Below are positions 61,525 through 64,000 of a stretch of DNA of 64,000 nucleotides, piece by piece (the stretch's first letter is position 1; every line of letters starts with the position of its first letter). Origin of the DNA: Hyphomicrobiales bacterium (GTDB taxonomy: Bacteria > Pseudomonadota > Alphaproteobacteria > Rhizobiales > Aestuariivirgaceae); assembly GCA_043768765.1 (NCBI GenBank), contig JAYVKC010000002.1, forward strand, positions 18,206 to 82,205, given 5' to 3'. Both the position numbers and the translations under genes were made by a program. The notes under the pieces are model-generated. The model searched no databases. It saw only the letters and a program-made list of their open reading frames with translations, and was not told the origin of the DNA.

Positions 61525-61622
61525 CCCATCACAGCACATCACAACTGCGCGAGGTCACGGACACGTTAGTGCCAAGTGTTGCAGTGGTGCTGTAAGCGGA
61601 AAGCTCTCGAAAGGACAATCTC

Positions 61623-62108
61623 ATGCTTAAACGCTCCCTGTTATCCCTCGTGTTCCTGGCCGGACTGGCCGGCACTGTTATTGCCGGTCCACAATATGTC
61701 GACGGCACGGGTTTCGCCATTTCCGGCTATGACGCTGTGGCCTACTTCAATGGTGGTGCCCAAGCCGGAAAAAAGGAATTCACAACCACATTCAATGGCG
61801 CGAAATTTGCGTTCTCCACGGCTGCCAACCTCGCAACATTCCAGGCCAGCCCCGGTAAATACGCGCCCGCCTATGATGGTCATTGCGCTTTTGGCGTGGC
61901 CCAGGGTGGCAAAGTTCCCGGCAATCCGAAGCTGTGGAAAATTGTGGGTGGCAAGTTGTATCTGAACATCACAAAGTCTGTGCAAGGTGACTGGGAGGCC
62001 GACATCCCCGGCAACTTGAAAAAATCAACCCGCAACTGGAAGAAGCTGGCATCCAAGGGCGCGTCAACGCGTTCCATTCCGGCGTTCAGTTCAACGGCAC
62101 CGAATTGA
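61623..62108 (+). CDS. YHS-domain periplasmic protein
   Basis: 161 aa. Signal peptide. ISGYDAVAYF YHS/TRASH-type motif followed by ...HCAFGV... Confidence 0.5.
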   Translation: MLKRSLLSLVFLAGLAGTVIAGPQYVDGTGFAISGYDAVAYFNGGAQAGKKEFTTTFNGAKFAFSTAANLATFQASPGKYAPAYDGHCAFGVAQGGKVPGNPKLWKIVGGKLYLNITKSVQGDWEADIPGNLKKSTRNWKKLASKGASTRSIPAFSSTAPN

Positions 62109-62169
62109 GTTTCAACTGCACTGCAAGATGCGATAGCAAGGCGGGGCTATTCATCTTGGAGTGTTGGCG

Positions 62170-63777
62170 ATGGCATATCTCATGAATGGTGGTGATGTCA
62201 TCGGGCGCGAGTTGAAAAGCGCAGGTGCCACACATGCATTCGGCATTCCGGGTGGTGAGGTTTTGGCGCTTGTGCAAGGTCTCAACGCGGCAGACATCCG
62301 CTTTGTCCTGGTGAAGCACGAAAACAGTGGCGGGTTTTTTGCCGAGGGCCATTGGCACATGACCGGTGCGTTGCCTGTGCTTGTTGCAACGCTGGGCCCG
62401 GGTGTTGCCAATGCTGTCAATGTTGTTGCCAATGCGATGCAAGATCGCGTGCCGCTCATCTTCCTGACAGGTTGTGTTGAGGGTGCGCTGGTTGGCAGTT
62501 TCACCCATCAAGTGGTGGATCACCAGGCGATGCTGCGGCCCGTTACAAAAGGATCGTTCAGGTTGGAGCGCGGCAAGATTCGCGTCATGATGCGAAAGGC
62601 GATTGCCCTTGCGCTGTCAGGCCAGCCCGGGCCTGTGCACATTGATGTGCCGGTGGATGTGGCTGAGTTGGGTGCAATCGAGCAAGAAGCAATTCCCGTT
62701 TCAGAAACTGTCACCCTTGCGATTGAGCAAAAGGATGTGGCAACAGCGCTTGCATTGCTTGCCCCTTCAAAAAGGCCACTCGCAATTGCTGGTGTGGATG
62801 CCATGCTGGAAGGTGCGGGCGCTGCCATCACTGACTTTTGCCGGCAGCACAAGATGCCTTTGGTGACGACATACAAGGGCAAGGGACTGATGCCGGAAAG
62901 CGATGTGCTGTGCCTTGGCGCGGTTGGTCTTTCACCGCTTGCCGACAAAACCCTGCTGCCGTTGATTGCACAGGCTGATTGCCTGCTGTTGCTGGGCTAT
63001 GATCCGATTGAGATGCGCGCGGGCTGGCGCAATCCCTGGGGCAAAGAAAAATCAGTTATCGAAATTGCACCGGTTGAACGCGACCACGGCATGCATGATG
63101 TGTCTGTTTCCATTGTCGGTGAGATTGCTTCAACATTGCGTGCGTTGAACCACGAAGCTCCCTATCGCTTGGCGGGGAACGAACCGGCCAAAGCGCGGGC
63201 AGCACTGCAAATTGATTTTTCGGGCCCCCAATCTTGGGGACCACATGCCGCATTTCGCACCCTGCGCGATGTGCTGCCGGATGTGACCGTTGTTACGGCA
63301 GACTCCGGTGCCCATCGCATTGTTTTGAGCCAGATGTGGGAATGCCGCGGTCCCCGAACGCTGCTGCAATCCTCCGGTTTCTGCACCATGGCTTGTGCCT
63401 TGCCGCTGGCCGCTGGGGCCAAATTGGGTCGCGGTGAAGTGCCCGTTGTGTGTGTAGTGGGAGATGCTGGCCTTGACATGGCAGCAGGGGAACTCGCTAC
63501 GCTGCGTGATTTGCGGCTGCCCGTCATCATCTGCGTGCTGGTTGACCAATCGCTGGCATTGATTGACCTGAAGCAGCGCAAGAACCAGCTCCCCTCTGTC
63601 GGTGTGTGCTTCGGAAAGACAGATTTTGCGGCAGTCGCGAGGGCCTATGGTGGCCATGGTGCAGATGTGGCCAATGCGCCAGACCTAAAAGTTGAACTTG
63701 AGCGCGCCCTGACGCGCGACAGTTTTTCTGTCATCGCCATTCATATTCCCAACCGTGCCTATGATGGTTACATCTAA
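62170..63777 (+). CDS. Thiamine pyrophosphate-dependent enzyme (acetolactate synthase / benzoylformate decarboxylase family)
   Basis: About 535 aa. N-terminal Pyr domain (HAFGIPGGEVLALV). C-terminal TPP-binding GDAG motif (VVGDAGLDMAAGELAT). The ORF may start at the GTG at 62161. Confidence 0.75.
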   Translation: MAYLMNGGDVIGRELKSAGATHAFGIPGGEVLALVQGLNAADIRFVLVKHENSGGFFAEGHWHMTGALPVLVATLGPGVANAVNVVANAMQDRVPLIFLTGCVEGALVGSFTHQVVDHQAMLRPVTKGSFRLERGKIRVMMRKAIALALSGQPGPVHIDVPVDVAELGAIEQEAIPVSETVTLAIEQKDVATALALLAPSKRPLAIAGVDAMLEGAGAAITDFCRQHKMPLVTTYKGKGLMPESDVLCLGAVGLSPLADKTLLPLIAQADCLLLLGYDPIEMRAGWRNPWGKEKSVIEIAPVERDHGMHDVSVSIVGEIASTLRALNHEAPYRLAGNEPAKARAALQIDFSGPQSWGPHAAFRTLRDVLPDVTVVTADSGAHRIVLSQMWECRGPRTLLQSSGFCTMACALPLAAGAKLGRGEVPVVCVVGDAGLDMAAGELATLRDLRLPVIICVLVDQSLALIDLKQRKNQLPSVGVCFGKTDFAAVARAYGGHGADVANAPDLKVELERALTRDSFSVIAIHIPNRAYDGYI

Positions 63778-64000
63778 TGCGCGCTCAAAAACCCATCGGA
63801 CATTCAATTCTGTTCACAGCCGCGTGAACTCACGGGGAGTTGAGTATCCCTGGAATATTTTGCTGCTAGTCATGAACGGCATTTCAGGTTTTAGCGGGCC
63901 GTGTTTTGCTTGAACGAGGAAAAACTTTTGGGCGACATGCAAGCAACAGACCTGAGCGGACTACCGACCAGCCTTCCCGCAAGCCATATCACACTTTGGA

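Noticed and set aside
63937-64000. Possible gene start (MQATDLSGLPTSLP...) running off the 3' end of the window
   Set aside because: Only about 21 codons are visible, with no RBS or motif. It cannot be supported.

Overview
64 kb of high-GC chromosomal DNA with alphaproteobacterial gene order: addB-addA-trxA, trpF-trpB-trpA-accD-folC, rph-rdgB-hemW divergent from hrcA-grpE, and dnaK-dnaJ-dapB-gpmA. The window is densely coding (about 65 CDS, typically 0-20 nt between genes and with frequent 4-nt overlaps). No rRNA gene, tRNA gene or CRISPR array was found.

The part that looks like accessory material is a block of nine co-directional minus-strand genes (31.1-39.1 kb) wedged between the hrcA-grpE and dnaKJ heat-shock operons. 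It contains an SPFH/flotillin protein, a porin-like outer-membrane beta-barrel, a secreted unknown protein, an ECF sigma factor with a co-translated 4-TM partner, a DUF3052 protein, a DarT-DarG DNA ADP-ribosyltransferase/macrodomain toxin-antitoxin pair, and an alkB dioxygenase immediately upstream of darT. DarTG is a known system; the alkB and DUF3052 associations are not described as far as I know.

Other notable content:
- A ParE/RelE-RHH toxin-antitoxin cassette inserted inside the trp operon between trpB and trpA.
- A LacI-controlled operon that fuses a membrane di-iron fatty-acid-hydroxylase/sterol-desaturase family enzyme to a sugar-type ABC importer and an Hyi-family TIM-barrel isomerase.
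- A complete N-methylglutamate (methylamine) pathway cluster, mgsABC-gmaS-mgdABCD. It is interrupted by a MITE-like palindromic element, one arm of which also occurs in the dnaK-dnaJ spacer, and by a four-hairpin intergenic region.
- An 850-aa parallel beta-helix protein with C-terminal RTX repeats and no type I secretion genes nearby.
- A cluster of DNA-alkylation-repair genes: an AraC-Ogt fusion, nth and alkB.

All calls rest on reading motifs in the supplied six-frame translations and the raw sequence. No database search was possible. Start codons are my best choice among ATG, GTG and TTG candidates and may be off by a few codons.
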